The notes under the pieces were generated by a model. It saw only the letters and a list, made by a program, of their open reading frames with translations, was not told where the DNA came from and did no database searches. Both the position numbers and the translations under genes were made by a program. From NCBI GenBank assembly GCA_020027635.1, contig JAHKKL010000001.1:1-36528 (forward strand): a stretch of 36,528 nt of DNA. The letters are read 5' to 3'. Positions 15,703 to 23,866 of the stretch are shown piece by piece (positions within the stretch are counted from its first letter, which is position 1; every line of letters begins with the position of its first letter). The DNA is from Gammaproteobacteria bacterium (lineage in GTDB: Bacteria > Pseudomonadota > Gammaproteobacteria > UBA9214).

Positions 15703-15731
15703 CCCGTCTCGGGATTCCGGCCCGAGACGGG
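15703..15731. terminator. strong GC-rich hairpin, terminator-like (better on the minus strand)
   Basis: CCCGTCTCGGG-attccgg-CCCGAGACGGG forms an 11-bp stem. On the minus strand it is followed by GGCTCTTTTG. On the plus strand the T-run (GTTTTGG) begins only about 10 nt downstream. Confidence 0.45.
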
Positions 15732-15761
15732 TAAGTCAATGTTTTGGATTGCAACGCAGAA

Positions 15762-15887
15762 AGGCAGGTGATGCCTATGAGATCAGGGTCGCCCTGATAT
15801 TTGGGCGAGGGGCGGGGAAACCCGCCCCATCTAATCACATGGGCCAATTGTGTTTTTGGCCCTCGCAGTATAGCATACCTGTGAGGG
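15762..15887 (+). ncRNA. candidate structured RNA (consecutive hairpins incl. a GAAA tetraloop); class unknown
   Basis: Stems at 15762-15776 (5 bp), 15782-15798 (7 bp), 15809-15828 (8 bp GGGGCGGG/CCCGCCCC closed by GAAA), 15841-15862 (7 bp) and 15860-15887 (9 bp). The last stem has a G-U pair that is only valid on the plus strand. The last two stems share 15860-15862, so they are mutually exclusive. Confidence 0.3.
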
Positions 15888-15972
15888 AAAATACTTATGG
15901 TGTGTCGCGCGGTCTCTTTGGCTTCTTCATGCTTGTAGTATGGCATAGCCTGACCGCTCAAGCATCTGGCTT

Positions 15973-15993
15973 TTCAAACTGAGACACTACCCA
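15973..15993. repeat. right arm of perfect 21-bp inverted repeat (TTCAAACTGAGACACTACCCA)
   Basis: Exact reverse complement of 15343-15363. Confidence 0.95.
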
Positions 15994-16065
15994 GATGGCG
16001 ATTGCCTTGCATCCGCAGAATTCCCGTTCTATGCTGATCCCCATGCGAGTAAGTACGCACTAACC

Positions 16066-16464
16066 ATGTCCGTCCCGCCCGAGATCATGCAGATGATGTC
16101 GCAGGGTGGACAACCGCCGCCGGCCGCCCCCGCGCCGGGTGCCGGTCCACTGGGCTCGCCGATGTCCGGCCCGCAGCCGGCCGAGGGGGATCGGGCGCTG
16201 GCGCTGACCCAGTTGCAGACGGCCAAGAGCATGCTGGAGATCGCGCTGCCGAAGCTCGGGAGCGAGTCCCCGGAGGGGCAGGCGATCCTGGATTTCCTGA
16301 AGAAGATCGGGAAATCGGTCGGCCCACAGCGAGCAGAGTCCGAATTGGTGCCGGCCGAGATCGTGAATCTGTTGCAGAGCCTCCCGCAGGCCGGTGGACA
16401 GTCCCCGGAAGCGGCCAGCCTGCAGAACCAGTTGCCGCAAGGTCTACCAGGAGGTATGCAATGA
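16066..16464 (+). CDS. hypothetical Pro/Gln/Gly-rich protein (132 aa), head-morphogenesis region
   Basis: The ORF is ATGA-coupled to the next gene. It has low-complexity ends and a helical centre. Weak RBS. Confidence 0.5.
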   Translation: MSVPPEIMQMMSQGGQPPPAAPAPGAGPLGSPMSGPQPAEGDRALALTQLQTAKSMLEIALPKLGSESPEGQAILDFLKKIGKSVGPQRAESELVPAEIVNLLQSLPQAGGQSPEAASLQNQLPQGLPGGMQ

Positions 16465-16649
16465 AGAATTTCAACGACAAGCCGTCCAGCGCCGGGTTCC
16501 GGATGCCGACCGATACCGCCCAGAAGAACGGGCAGGTGGTGAATCCGCCGCGGATGGAGCAGATGGGCGGATTTTCGAGCCTGAACAAGGGCCCGAATCG
16601 CAACGCGATGAAGATCGTTCCCCCGAATCGCGGCCCGATCAAGGGCTGA
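16461..16649 (+). CDS. hypothetical basic protein (62 aa)
   Basis: ATGA overlap with the upstream ORF. Asn/Pro/Gly/Lys-rich. Confidence 0.4.
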   Translation: MKNFNDKPSSAGFRMPTDTAQKNGQVVNPPRMEQMGGFSSLNKGPNRNAMKIVPPNRGPIKG

Positions 16650-16652
16650 TCG

Positions 16653-17180
16653 ATGACCACGCCACTTTCTGCGCAGGGGCGGCGGCTCGGGGAGCTGAAG
16701 GATGTGGCGGCTTGGCAGTCCGGGCTCGCCGGGGTCGAGAAATGCCTGGCGGTGGTGACCAAGATCCCGCATGGCACCGCCTCGACCGACTATGCGTTCA
16801 AGATCGGCTCATTGCAGACCTACAACGGCACGACCACCCGCCGTGATCTGTATGCCCCGAACACGCTCATCCCCGGTTTCACCGGCACCGCCTACTACTA
16901 CATCACGCGCGCGATCGTGAACAATCCGAGCGCCGATCTCTCACTCGCGACCTCCAGTCTATATACGGCTGCCAGCGCCGGCGGCACGGCCATCATTTCG
17001 GATGCGGCCCTGACCACGCTGAATGCCGCGACCGCGACCCTGAACGCGACCCGGACGATAGCGGCCGGCGGTACCGGCAACCTGTTTACCAGCGCTGCCA
17101 ACGGCACGCTCTACTACCGTGTCGGGACGAATGTCACCGGCAATGCCGACTTCTACCTGTTCGGATTCCTGCTTCCATGA
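16653..17180 (+). CDS. hypothetical virion structural protein (175 aa)
   Basis: Thr/Ala/Gly-rich, beta-looking protein upstream of the scaffold and capsid genes. Confidence 0.5.
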   Translation: MTTPLSAQGRRLGELKDVAAWQSGLAGVEKCLAVVTKIPHGTASTDYAFKIGSLQTYNGTTTRRDLYAPNTLIPGFTGTAYYYITRAIVNNPSADLSLATSSLYTAASAGGTAIISDAALTTLNAATATLNATRTIAAGGTGNLFTSAANGTLYYRVGTNVTGNADFYLFGFLLP

Positions 17181-17190
17181 GGGCTGATCG

Positions 17191-17730
17191 ATGAGCGAAA
17201 CACTTGAAGGTCTGAGCGAGGAGCAGATCCGAGCACTGGCCGAGACCGCGATGAGCCTGGGCAACAACCCCGGCACCCGGCGGGATTTCCAGCGACTGGT
17301 GAAGAAAGCCCATCCGGACGTGAACATCCCGGAGATCGAGACCGACGAGCGCGTAGCCGCGCTGGAGGCGAGTTTCAACACCCGGCTCTCGGAGTTCGAG
17401 AAACAGCAGAAGGTGGCAGACGCCACCCGCCGGGTGACCGAGAAGCGCCAAGAGCTGATCTCCAAGGGTCTGGCCAAGGATCAGGCCGAGATCACCGCCA
17501 TCGAGAAGATCATGGTCGAGCGCGGGGTGGGTGATTACGAGGTAGCGGCGACCTACTACCGCGCCCAGAATCAGCCGGCCGCGCCCACGCCACATGCCAT
17601 CCAGTTGTTCGAGCCCCCGAAGGACGAGCTGAAGATGCTGCGCGAGTCCGGTCCGGGTGAACTGAAGCGTCATGCCATCAATCTCGCGCATCAAGTCGCG
17701 GCAGAATTCAGAGCCGGCAAAACCGGTTAA
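17191..17730 (+). CDS. scaffolding protein (candidate)
   Basis: 179 aa, highly charged and helical (EKQQKVADATRRVTEKRQELISKGLAKDQAEITAIEKIM). It lies immediately upstream of the major capsid gene. GAGGG RBS. Confidence 0.55.
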   Translation: MSETLEGLSEEQIRALAETAMSLGNNPGTRRDFQRLVKKAHPDVNIPEIETDERVAALEASFNTRLSEFEKQQKVADATRRVTEKRQELISKGLAKDQAEITAIEKIMVERGVGDYEVAATYYRAQNQPAAPTPHAIQLFEPPKDELKMLRESGPGELKRHAINLAHQVAAEFRAGKTG

Positions 17731-17744
17731 CCAGGAGCGCCAGC

Positions 17745-18755
17745 ATGTCCAATCTCGCAACCGGCTATCTTCCCACAGGCGCAATCGGCGCCGAACTCTC
17801 GGCCATCACGCGCCGGGCGTTCATCCCGTCACTGATCGTGCAGGTCTACAATGCCAGCCCGAACATGGCAGCGCTGATCGCGAATGCGAACACCGCCACC
17901 GGCGGCATCAATTCGGTCACCGCGCCCGTGCAGGGCAATGCGATGACCACCCCGGCATGGTCTGACTACTCCGGCACATTCAACCAGCCGGCTGTGCAGA
18001 CCGGTATTCAGGACGCCGAGTTCAGCCTGAAGCTCTTGATCACCCCGATCCCCTATCTGGGCATGGAGGGGCTGGTGCAGGCTGATCATGCGGTCATCAA
18101 TCGCCTGTACGCGGTGATGAATGACGCTGGTAACTCGACCACGGACACGCTCTCGACTGCGCTGTTCACGAACGTCAGCAACACCCAGCAGATGACCGGG
18201 TTCCCGGCTGCCATCGATGACGGCACCAATCTGGTGACCTACGGCGGGATCAGTCGCACGACCTACAGCTGGTGGCAGTCACTGGTCTACGCCAACAGCC
18301 CGGCGGTGAACCCGACGCGGGCCTCGGTGATGCAGTGGATCACCGGCACGGTCAAGAAATGCGGCGAGCTGCCGACCTACGGCACGATGGGTCCGGGGAC
18401 CTGGCAGTTGCTGGCCAACGATTACGTTGGGCAGGAATCCTATGTGATCCAGCCCGGTCGCAGCTTCACCGATGACAATTCCGGTCCGCGCTCGGCCTTC
18501 CGGGCGCTGGAGGTTGCCGGCGTGCCGATCTACCTCGATCCCTACCAGACCGAGGGCGAGCTGCTGCTGATCAACAGCAACTACATCAACCTCTATATCC
18601 ACGAGATGGCGAGTTTCGCCTTTACCGGATTCGAGTCCACGCTGCCGAATTTCCAGCTCGGCTATGTCGGCGCGGTCGTGACCGTGCTCGAGCTGGTCAA
18701 CGTCAAGCCGAAGTCCTGCACGCGAGTGTCGGGCCTCAATTACCTGTCGATCTAA
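17745..18755 (+). CDS. major capsid protein (candidate)
   Basis: 336 aa with AGGAG 9 nt upstream. It follows the scaffold-like gene. Size and composition are typical of HK97-fold coat proteins. Family not verified. Confidence 0.65.
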   Translation: MSNLATGYLPTGAIGAELSAITRRAFIPSLIVQVYNASPNMAALIANANTATGGINSVTAPVQGNAMTTPAWSDYSGTFNQPAVQTGIQDAEFSLKLLITPIPYLGMEGLVQADHAVINRLYAVMNDAGNSTTDTLSTALFTNVSNTQQMTGFPAAIDDGTNLVTYGGISRTTYSWWQSLVYANSPAVNPTRASVMQWITGTVKKCGELPTYGTMGPGTWQLLANDYVGQESYVIQPGRSFTDDNSGPRSAFRALEVAGVPIYLDPYQTEGELLLINSNYINLYIHEMASFAFTGFESTLPNFQLGYVGAVVTVLELVNVKPKSCTRVSGLNYLSI

Positions 18756-18768
18756 AGGAGCGACCGTC

Positions 18769-19872
18769 ATGGGCGTCAATCAAATCGGTGCAGGCATCAA
18801 GTCCACGGCGCGGCCGGCCATCACGGTCGATCTGCAGAGCGGACAGGGCTACACGGTCCCGAGCGGCCAGTACATGGTCAGCCCCGGCAAATACACATTT
18901 ATCCAGTACTTCGATCCGGTCCTCTACACCTGGCGCAAGCTGGGCGCCGGCGCGCTGCCACAGTCCGTGATCCTGTCCTCGGACGGGACCAACTATCGGC
19001 TATACAACCCGACCGGCACGGTCGTGGCGGCCATCGTGACCAACGGTGGCACCGCGGACACGACCCTGAACGGGGTCTGGCTGGCCAAAAATGTGACCTC
19101 GACCACCCCATCCGCGAAGGTCACCAGCACGCGCACGGTGTTCAACGTGATTATCGGCGGCGCAGTCTCGACCACGGTCACAGTGGCGACGGCCGGCAGT
19201 GGCTACACGGTGGCGCCGATCGTGACCTTCTCGGCCCCGCCGCAGGGCGGCATGCAGGCGACCGGCTATGCCACGATCTCCTCGGGTGCGGTGACGAGTG
19301 TCACGGTCACCAACCAGGGCGGCGGTTATTCCAGCGCCCCGACCGTGACGCTGACGAACGCCAATGGAGACACGACTGGTAGCGGCGCGACGGCAACCGC
19401 GGCGCTGGACACGACGGTGTCGGGCAAGGTCGTGGGGCTGACCTGCACCGAATCCGCGACCGGCCTGACCTCGGTTCCGACGATTACCTTCAGCAATTGC
19501 CCGGCGAGCGCTGCCGCCACGGCCATCATGTGCCTGACCGCGACCACGGTGCCGAACCAGGCATCGACGCAGATGGGCAATGGCAGTGTCGGCCTGATGA
19601 TGAGCGCGGTGACTGCCGGCTCCTCGATCACGACCAACCCGCTGTACGAGACCGGTGTGTTTACCCCGCGCCTTGGCTATACAGCATGGTCGGCAGTGGC
19701 CTCGGGCGCAACGACGATCGTCGATGGCGGCCTGCACCAGATCGTCTCGGCCACCAATACCTCCAATGTGGTCTATGCCATTCTGCCGACAGGGACCACG
19801 CCGGGCGCAGCCACCCCGGCGGCCTGCACCTATTCGTCCACGAACGATCGCAGCATCCTGCTGCCGCTATGA
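18769..19872 (+). CDS. virion surface/decoration-type structural protein with GxGY(T/S)xAPxV(T/S) repeat modules
   Basis: 367 aa with AAGGAG RBS, directly after the capsid gene. It contains AGSGYTVAPIVTFS and QGGGYSSAPTVTLT modules and long Thr/Ser/Ala/Gly tracts. Confidence 0.55.
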   Translation: MGVNQIGAGIKSTARPAITVDLQSGQGYTVPSGQYMVSPGKYTFIQYFDPVLYTWRKLGAGALPQSVILSSDGTNYRLYNPTGTVVAAIVTNGGTADTTLNGVWLAKNVTSTTPSAKVTSTRTVFNVIIGGAVSTTVTVATAGSGYTVAPIVTFSAPPQGGMQATGYATISSGAVTSVTVTNQGGGYSSAPTVTLTNANGDTTGSGATATAALDTTVSGKVVGLTCTESATGLTSVPTITFSNCPASAAATAIMCLTATTVPNQASTQMGNGSVGLMMSAVTAGSSITTNPLYETGVFTPRLGYTAWSAVASGATTIVDGGLHQIVSATNTSNVVYAILPTGTTPGAATPAACTYSSTNDRSILLPL

Positions 19873-20204
19873 CGCATATCTCGGTCAAGAACGGCAACGA
19901 TTTCGCGATCAAGGGTCGCTATGACGGGCAGGATTATTCCTTCCCGCCTGGCGAGCCGGTAGCGGTCCCGGTCGAGGTTGCCAATCATGTCTTCGGATGG
20001 GGTCAGCCGGACAAGACGCGCGCCCTGCACCGGCTGGGTTGGCTGAGTACGGCCGATAGCATGTCGCAGGCGCAGGAGCGGATGAACCGTATCATCTTCG
20101 AGGAGGTCGTACAGAGCTATGCCCCGAAGGAGCGCAAGACGCAGGCCAACCAGGTGGCAAACAGCAAGAAGCCAGTCCTCGCGGAAGGCGGCAACGAACT
20201 CTGA
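19869..20204 (+). CDS. hypothetical head-associated protein (111 aa)
   Basis: Start at ATG 19869 (ATGA overlap), inside track ORF 19497-20204. Confidence 0.5.
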   Translation: MTHISVKNGNDFAIKGRYDGQDYSFPPGEPVAVPVEVANHVFGWGQPDKTRALHRLGWLSTADSMSQAQERMNRIIFEEVVQSYAPKERKTQANQVANSKKPVLAEGGNEL

Positions 20205-20213
20205 CCGAGATGA

Positions 20214-21062
20214 ATGGCCGTCACCCTGACAGATTACCTCGATCGCGAGCGCCAGCTACTCCACGACGTTGACGGCGATTACTACACTGACGATCAGTTG
20301 ACGAGCTGGACCAATATCGCCCGACGCCGGGTGGTGGGCGACACCGGCTGCAATCGTCAGCTTCAGCTCGGATACCTTCAGGCAGATCAGGAAACCTTCA
20401 CCTACGGGGCACTGACCGGCGTCGGCGTGACCGATGGCGGCAGCGGCTATTCTGACAGCTTCGCGGTAACCTTCAGTGGCGGTGGCGGTAGCGGGGCGGC
20501 GGCCACGGCCACGGCCACGAGCGGGGTCATCCAGTCGATCACGCTGACGAATTTCGGCACCGGCTACACCAGCGCCCCGACCCCCGTTCTGAGTGCCGGG
20601 GGCGGGTCGAGCGGGACCGCCACCGCCGGCATACTGAACCTGAACACACTGGATGTGATCAATGTCACGATCATCTGGGGCACGACCCGGATCGTGATGG
20701 GTTACATGAGCTTCACCCAGTTCAATGCCTACATGCGGGCATGGACGAATTTCCAGCAGCGCCCGGCCGTGTTCACGACCTACGGACAGAGCACGCTGTA
20801 CCTGGGCAGCATCCCGGATCAGACCTACGCGAGCGAGATTGACACCGTGGTGATCCCGGATGATCTCTCCTCCGGCAGCCAGACCGACACACTCATCTAC
20901 CCGTATACCGATTCAGTGCCCTATTACGCCGCTTCGCTCGCCAAGGAGTACCAGCAGCAGTGGGAGGAAAGCGAGGTATTCCTGCAGAAGTACAAGCAGC
21001 GAGTGAACCAGGCCCTGCAGTCGATTGCCACGCGCCGGATCGTCAGCGCCTATGGCAACTAA
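20214..21062 (+). CDS. virion structural protein (connector/adaptor candidate) carrying the same GxGY module
   Basis: 282 aa. GGSGYSDSFAVTFS ... TSGVIQSITLTNFGTGYTSAPTPVLS parallels SSGAVTSVTVTNQGGGYSSAPTVTLT in the 18769-19872 product. Confidence 0.5.
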   Translation: MAVTLTDYLDRERQLLHDVDGDYYTDDQLTSWTNIARRRVVGDTGCNRQLQLGYLQADQETFTYGALTGVGVTDGGSGYSDSFAVTFSGGGGSGAAATATATSGVIQSITLTNFGTGYTSAPTPVLSAGGGSSGTATAGILNLNTLDVINVTIIWGTTRIVMGYMSFTQFNAYMRAWTNFQQRPAVFTTYGQSTLYLGSIPDQTYASEIDTVVIPDDLSSGSQTDTLIYPYTDSVPYYAASLAKEYQQQWEESEVFLQKYKQRVNQALQSIATRRIVSAYGN

Positions 21063-22602
21063 GGATGCCGGCGCCGCCATAGCGAAGACACAGGCCCGGA
21101 AAAACTGGACCTTCGCCGATTTTGCCGGCCTGAATACGCAGGCACTGCGCACGGCGATCAAACCCAACGAATTCTCGGCGCTGGAAAATGCGCTGAAGAT
21201 CGGGCATGGCAATTTCAGGACCGTCCCCGGCCCCTCGACCGTGGTGGCCGAGGTATCGGCCGGTCAGACCATCTACTACCTGCAGTCGGTAACGATCGGT
21301 ACCACCGTTTACATGATGGCCGCCTCGGTGGCTGGCCAACTGTTCGCGGTCAACCTCTCGACGATGGCGGTGACGACGGTACAGGCGAGCACGAACTTCA
21401 CCGCCTGCCAGATGTGCCAGTGGAAGAACGAGCGGGTGCTGATCGTCGATCAAGTGACCGGCTACTGGGACTGGGATGGCACGACGCTGACGCACAATAC
21501 CGGCTCGAGTGCGCCTGCCACCGGGACCGCGATCGGGGCGTTTTCCGGGATCGTCTGGATCTCGGGCACCGGTACTGCTGGGCGCACCATCAGCTATTCA
21601 CGGATCGACAGCGGCGCTGGCTCGACCAATTTCCGGGACTTCACCGCCCCCGGCGGCAGCTTCATCATCACCGACAGCAACTGGCACTCCAATATCGTGC
21701 AGTTGTACACGGCCAACAATTACCTCTATGCGCTGGGACAGGATGCGGTGAACGTGATCGCCGATGTGCGTGTGGTCGGCGGGGTCTATGTATTCAGCAA
21801 TACCAATATTTCTTCTGGTATTGGCACTGAATTCGCCTCATCTGTGATCGCCTACTATCGCAGCCTATGGTTTGCCTCGCAGGTGGGGTTCTTCGGCGTC
21901 TATGGTGCGACCGTGCGCAAGGGCAGCGATCAGCTGGACGGGATCTTTCAGGATCTGGTAGCTAATACGCCGTTTACCAGTGCGCAAGCCACGATCTACA
22001 ACCTGCTATGCCTCTCTTTCCTGTTCAACTGGACATCGCCTACCGGCAACCGTTCGGTGATCGCGCTGTTCCTGAATGGCGAATGGATGCTGATGAGCCA
22101 GGGCAATGAGCTGACCTTCATGACCGGGGCAGTGGTCGATGGGATCAATAATGCCTACGCCACCGATGGCACCGGGATCTATCAGTTGTTCGCGGATGAG
22201 GGCAATCAGGTGGCCTGGCAGATCCAGACCGCGCTGAATCCGATGGGCAATCCTCTAGTGACCAAGCAGGTGACCAAGTTTGGGATGGGGATCTTCTACA
22301 CCAGCTCCACGGAATCCATCAATGTGTCGATCGATACCGAGCTGAGTTCCGAGGTCTATTCGGTCAGCGGCGCTCAGGCTGGGTTTACCTGGGTCAACCA
22401 GTTATCCGCGCTGTTCACCTGGGTCAATGTCTCGACCGATCCATTTACATGGTATTCGGCGGCGGGTTATTTCTTCCTGACCAAGGACGTGGATAATAGC
22501 GGCAAGTATTGCGGGCTGACGGTCTCGGCAACGACATCGCCGGTCGTGGTCACCTTGCTGGCCCTGGAGTTCCTGGAGCGCAACATATGGAGTAGACAAT
22601 GA
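21052..22602 (+). CDS. large virion structural protein (tail/nozzle candidate)
   Basis: 516 aa from ATG 21052, overlapping the previous gene by 11 nt. Beta-rich composition. It lies between the head genes and the fibre gene. Confidence 0.5.
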   Translation: MATKDAGAAIAKTQARKNWTFADFAGLNTQALRTAIKPNEFSALENALKIGHGNFRTVPGPSTVVAEVSAGQTIYYLQSVTIGTTVYMMAASVAGQLFAVNLSTMAVTTVQASTNFTACQMCQWKNERVLIVDQVTGYWDWDGTTLTHNTGSSAPATGTAIGAFSGIVWISGTGTAGRTISYSRIDSGAGSTNFRDFTAPGGSFIITDSNWHSNIVQLYTANNYLYALGQDAVNVIADVRVVGGVYVFSNTNISSGIGTEFASSVIAYYRSLWFASQVGFFGVYGATVRKGSDQLDGIFQDLVANTPFTSAQATIYNLLCLSFLFNWTSPTGNRSVIALFLNGEWMLMSQGNELTFMTGAVVDGINNAYATDGTGIYQLFADEGNQVAWQIQTALNPMGNPLVTKQVTKFGMGIFYTSSTESINVSIDTELSSEVYSVSGAQAGFTWVNQLSALFTWVNVSTDPFTWYSAAGYFFLTKDVDNSGKYCGLTVSATTSPVVVTLLALEFLERNIWSRQ

Positions 22603-23513
22603 CCAAACCTGTCGGCAGTCTCACTCAATGGGGGGCGCTCACCTCGGGCAACACCTCCGATCTGGACGCAAATTTCACGGCGTTGAAGACCGCGGTCAAC
22701 GACCTTGGCACCTACTCCAATTACACGGCGTCCGACACCGGCTCGGCCAATACCTATACACCTCAGTATTCGTCCAGCCTGACCGGCACGCTGGCCGCCG
22801 GGCTTCGCCTGCAGTTTCTGGCAAACGCGACCAATACCGGCGCGAGCACGGTCAATGCGACGGTCGGTGGCAGTGCGCTGGGTTCAAAGAGCATCAAGAA
22901 CCTGGACGGCTCGGCCCTGACCTATGGTCAGATCGTGCAGAACGGGATCGTCGATCTGCTCTACGATGGCACCCAGTTCCTGCTGCTGAACCCGTTCGTC
23001 ATGGCTGGAAACATGGTGCTGCTGCAGACCAACAGCCCGAGCGCGGCATCCGCCAGCGATTTCACGACCGGGATCAGCCTGACGCCTTATTCGCACTTCG
23101 TCATCGAGATCTACGACATGGCCGGCAGTACGACTGCGCAGAACCTGTCCATTCAGGTTTCGACCGATGGCGGATCGAGTTGGAAATCGGGCGCCAGTGA
23201 TTATCAGTACCTGCAGTTGGCGGATGTCGGCAGTGCCCCGACCACGCCCACAGCGGGCGGCTCGACTGGCACCACCTCCTATGTCTTCGCGCAGGTTATA
23301 TCCGGCGGCAGCACGCGCGCAACGGTCAATCTCTATCCGAGCGCCAGCACGGTTACACGCATCATGTCGAGTGCGGCCTATGGCACGACCACGACCTTGA
23401 CCCTGTTGCAATCCTCCGGGCTTGCCGCCTTCGCGGCCGTCAATGGATTCCGGATCACGGTCGCCTCGGGTACGATGACCGGCACGGCGCGGCTGTTCGG
23501 GGTACACAAATGA
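22599..23513 (+). CDS. tail fibre protein
   Basis: The N-terminal region (LDANFTALKTAVNDLG ... GSKSIKNLDGSALTYGQIVQNGIVDLLYDGTQFLLLNP) matches the widespread phage tail-fibre N-terminal pattern. GGAG RBS and ATGA overlap. Confidence 0.7.
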   Translation: MTKPVGSLTQWGALTSGNTSDLDANFTALKTAVNDLGTYSNYTASDTGSANTYTPQYSSSLTGTLAAGLRLQFLANATNTGASTVNATVGGSALGSKSIKNLDGSALTYGQIVQNGIVDLLYDGTQFLLLNPFVMAGNMVLLQTNSPSAASASDFTTGISLTPYSHFVIEIYDMAGSTTAQNLSIQVSTDGGSSWKSGASDYQYLQLADVGSAPTTPTAGGSTGTTSYVFAQVISGGSTRATVNLYPSASTVTRIMSSAAYGTTTTLTLLQSSGLAAFAAVNGFRITVASGTMTGTARLFGVHK

Positions 23514-23854
23514 GCCTGAATATCGGCGCATTCATCGATTTCGATCCGATCGACAAGGATGCGTGGTCGCAATTCAACCTGATCCATATGCTCGCGCACC
23601 AGAATGAGTACCAGGCGATGCTGGATCAGGGTTATCCGATGTCGCTGCACCCGCTGGATCACGATCTGGACGACGAGGACAACTGGTTGGGCCTGAATTA
23701 CACCGAGCATGTGAGCCAGTACGATGTGCTGGGGCTCTCGGGGCTGCCCGATCTCTCCAATGTCAACCTGCAGGACGAAAGCCAGTTCCATGACTGGATG
23801 TTGCTGCACTATCAGGTACACTTGAAGGTAGATCAGACCCTTGGTCTGGCTTGA
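23510..23854 (+). CDS. hypothetical acidic His/Asp-rich protein (fibre-associated?)
   Basis: 114 aa, ATGA-coupled to the fibre gene. Confidence 0.45.
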   Translation: MSLNIGAFIDFDPIDKDAWSQFNLIHMLAHQNEYQAMLDQGYPMSLHPLDHDLDDEDNWLGLNYTEHVSQYDVLGLSGLPDLSNVNLQDESQFHDWMLLHYQVHLKVDQTLGLA

Positions 23855-23866
23855 AGGGGGTAGAAA

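Larger units (their letters stand above)
15343..15993. mobile_element. 651-bp unit bounded by 21-bp perfect inverted repeats (MITE-like or long-range RNA stem); candidate only
   Basis: The termini read 5'-TG...CA-3'. The unit carries one 105-aa ORF plus about 300 nt of hairpin-dense non-coding sequence. It has lower G+C than its flanks. No transposase and no obvious target-site duplication. Confidence 0.35.

Noticed and set aside
15674-15982. Track ORFs 15674-15961 (-) and 15749-15982 (+) inside the IR-bounded unit
   Set aside because: Both run through several perfect palindromic hairpins and a terminator-like stem. They lack an RBS and give implausible sequences. The region is better explained as structured non-coding DNA or RNA.
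16643-17194. Identical 14-mer GGGCTGATCGATGA at two gene junctions (16643-16656 and 17181-17194)
   Set aside because: In the first copy the TGA is the upstream gene's stop codon; in the second it is not. There are only two copies of a short G+C-rich string. This is probably coincidence or local RBS/start-context similarity, and is not enough to call an element.
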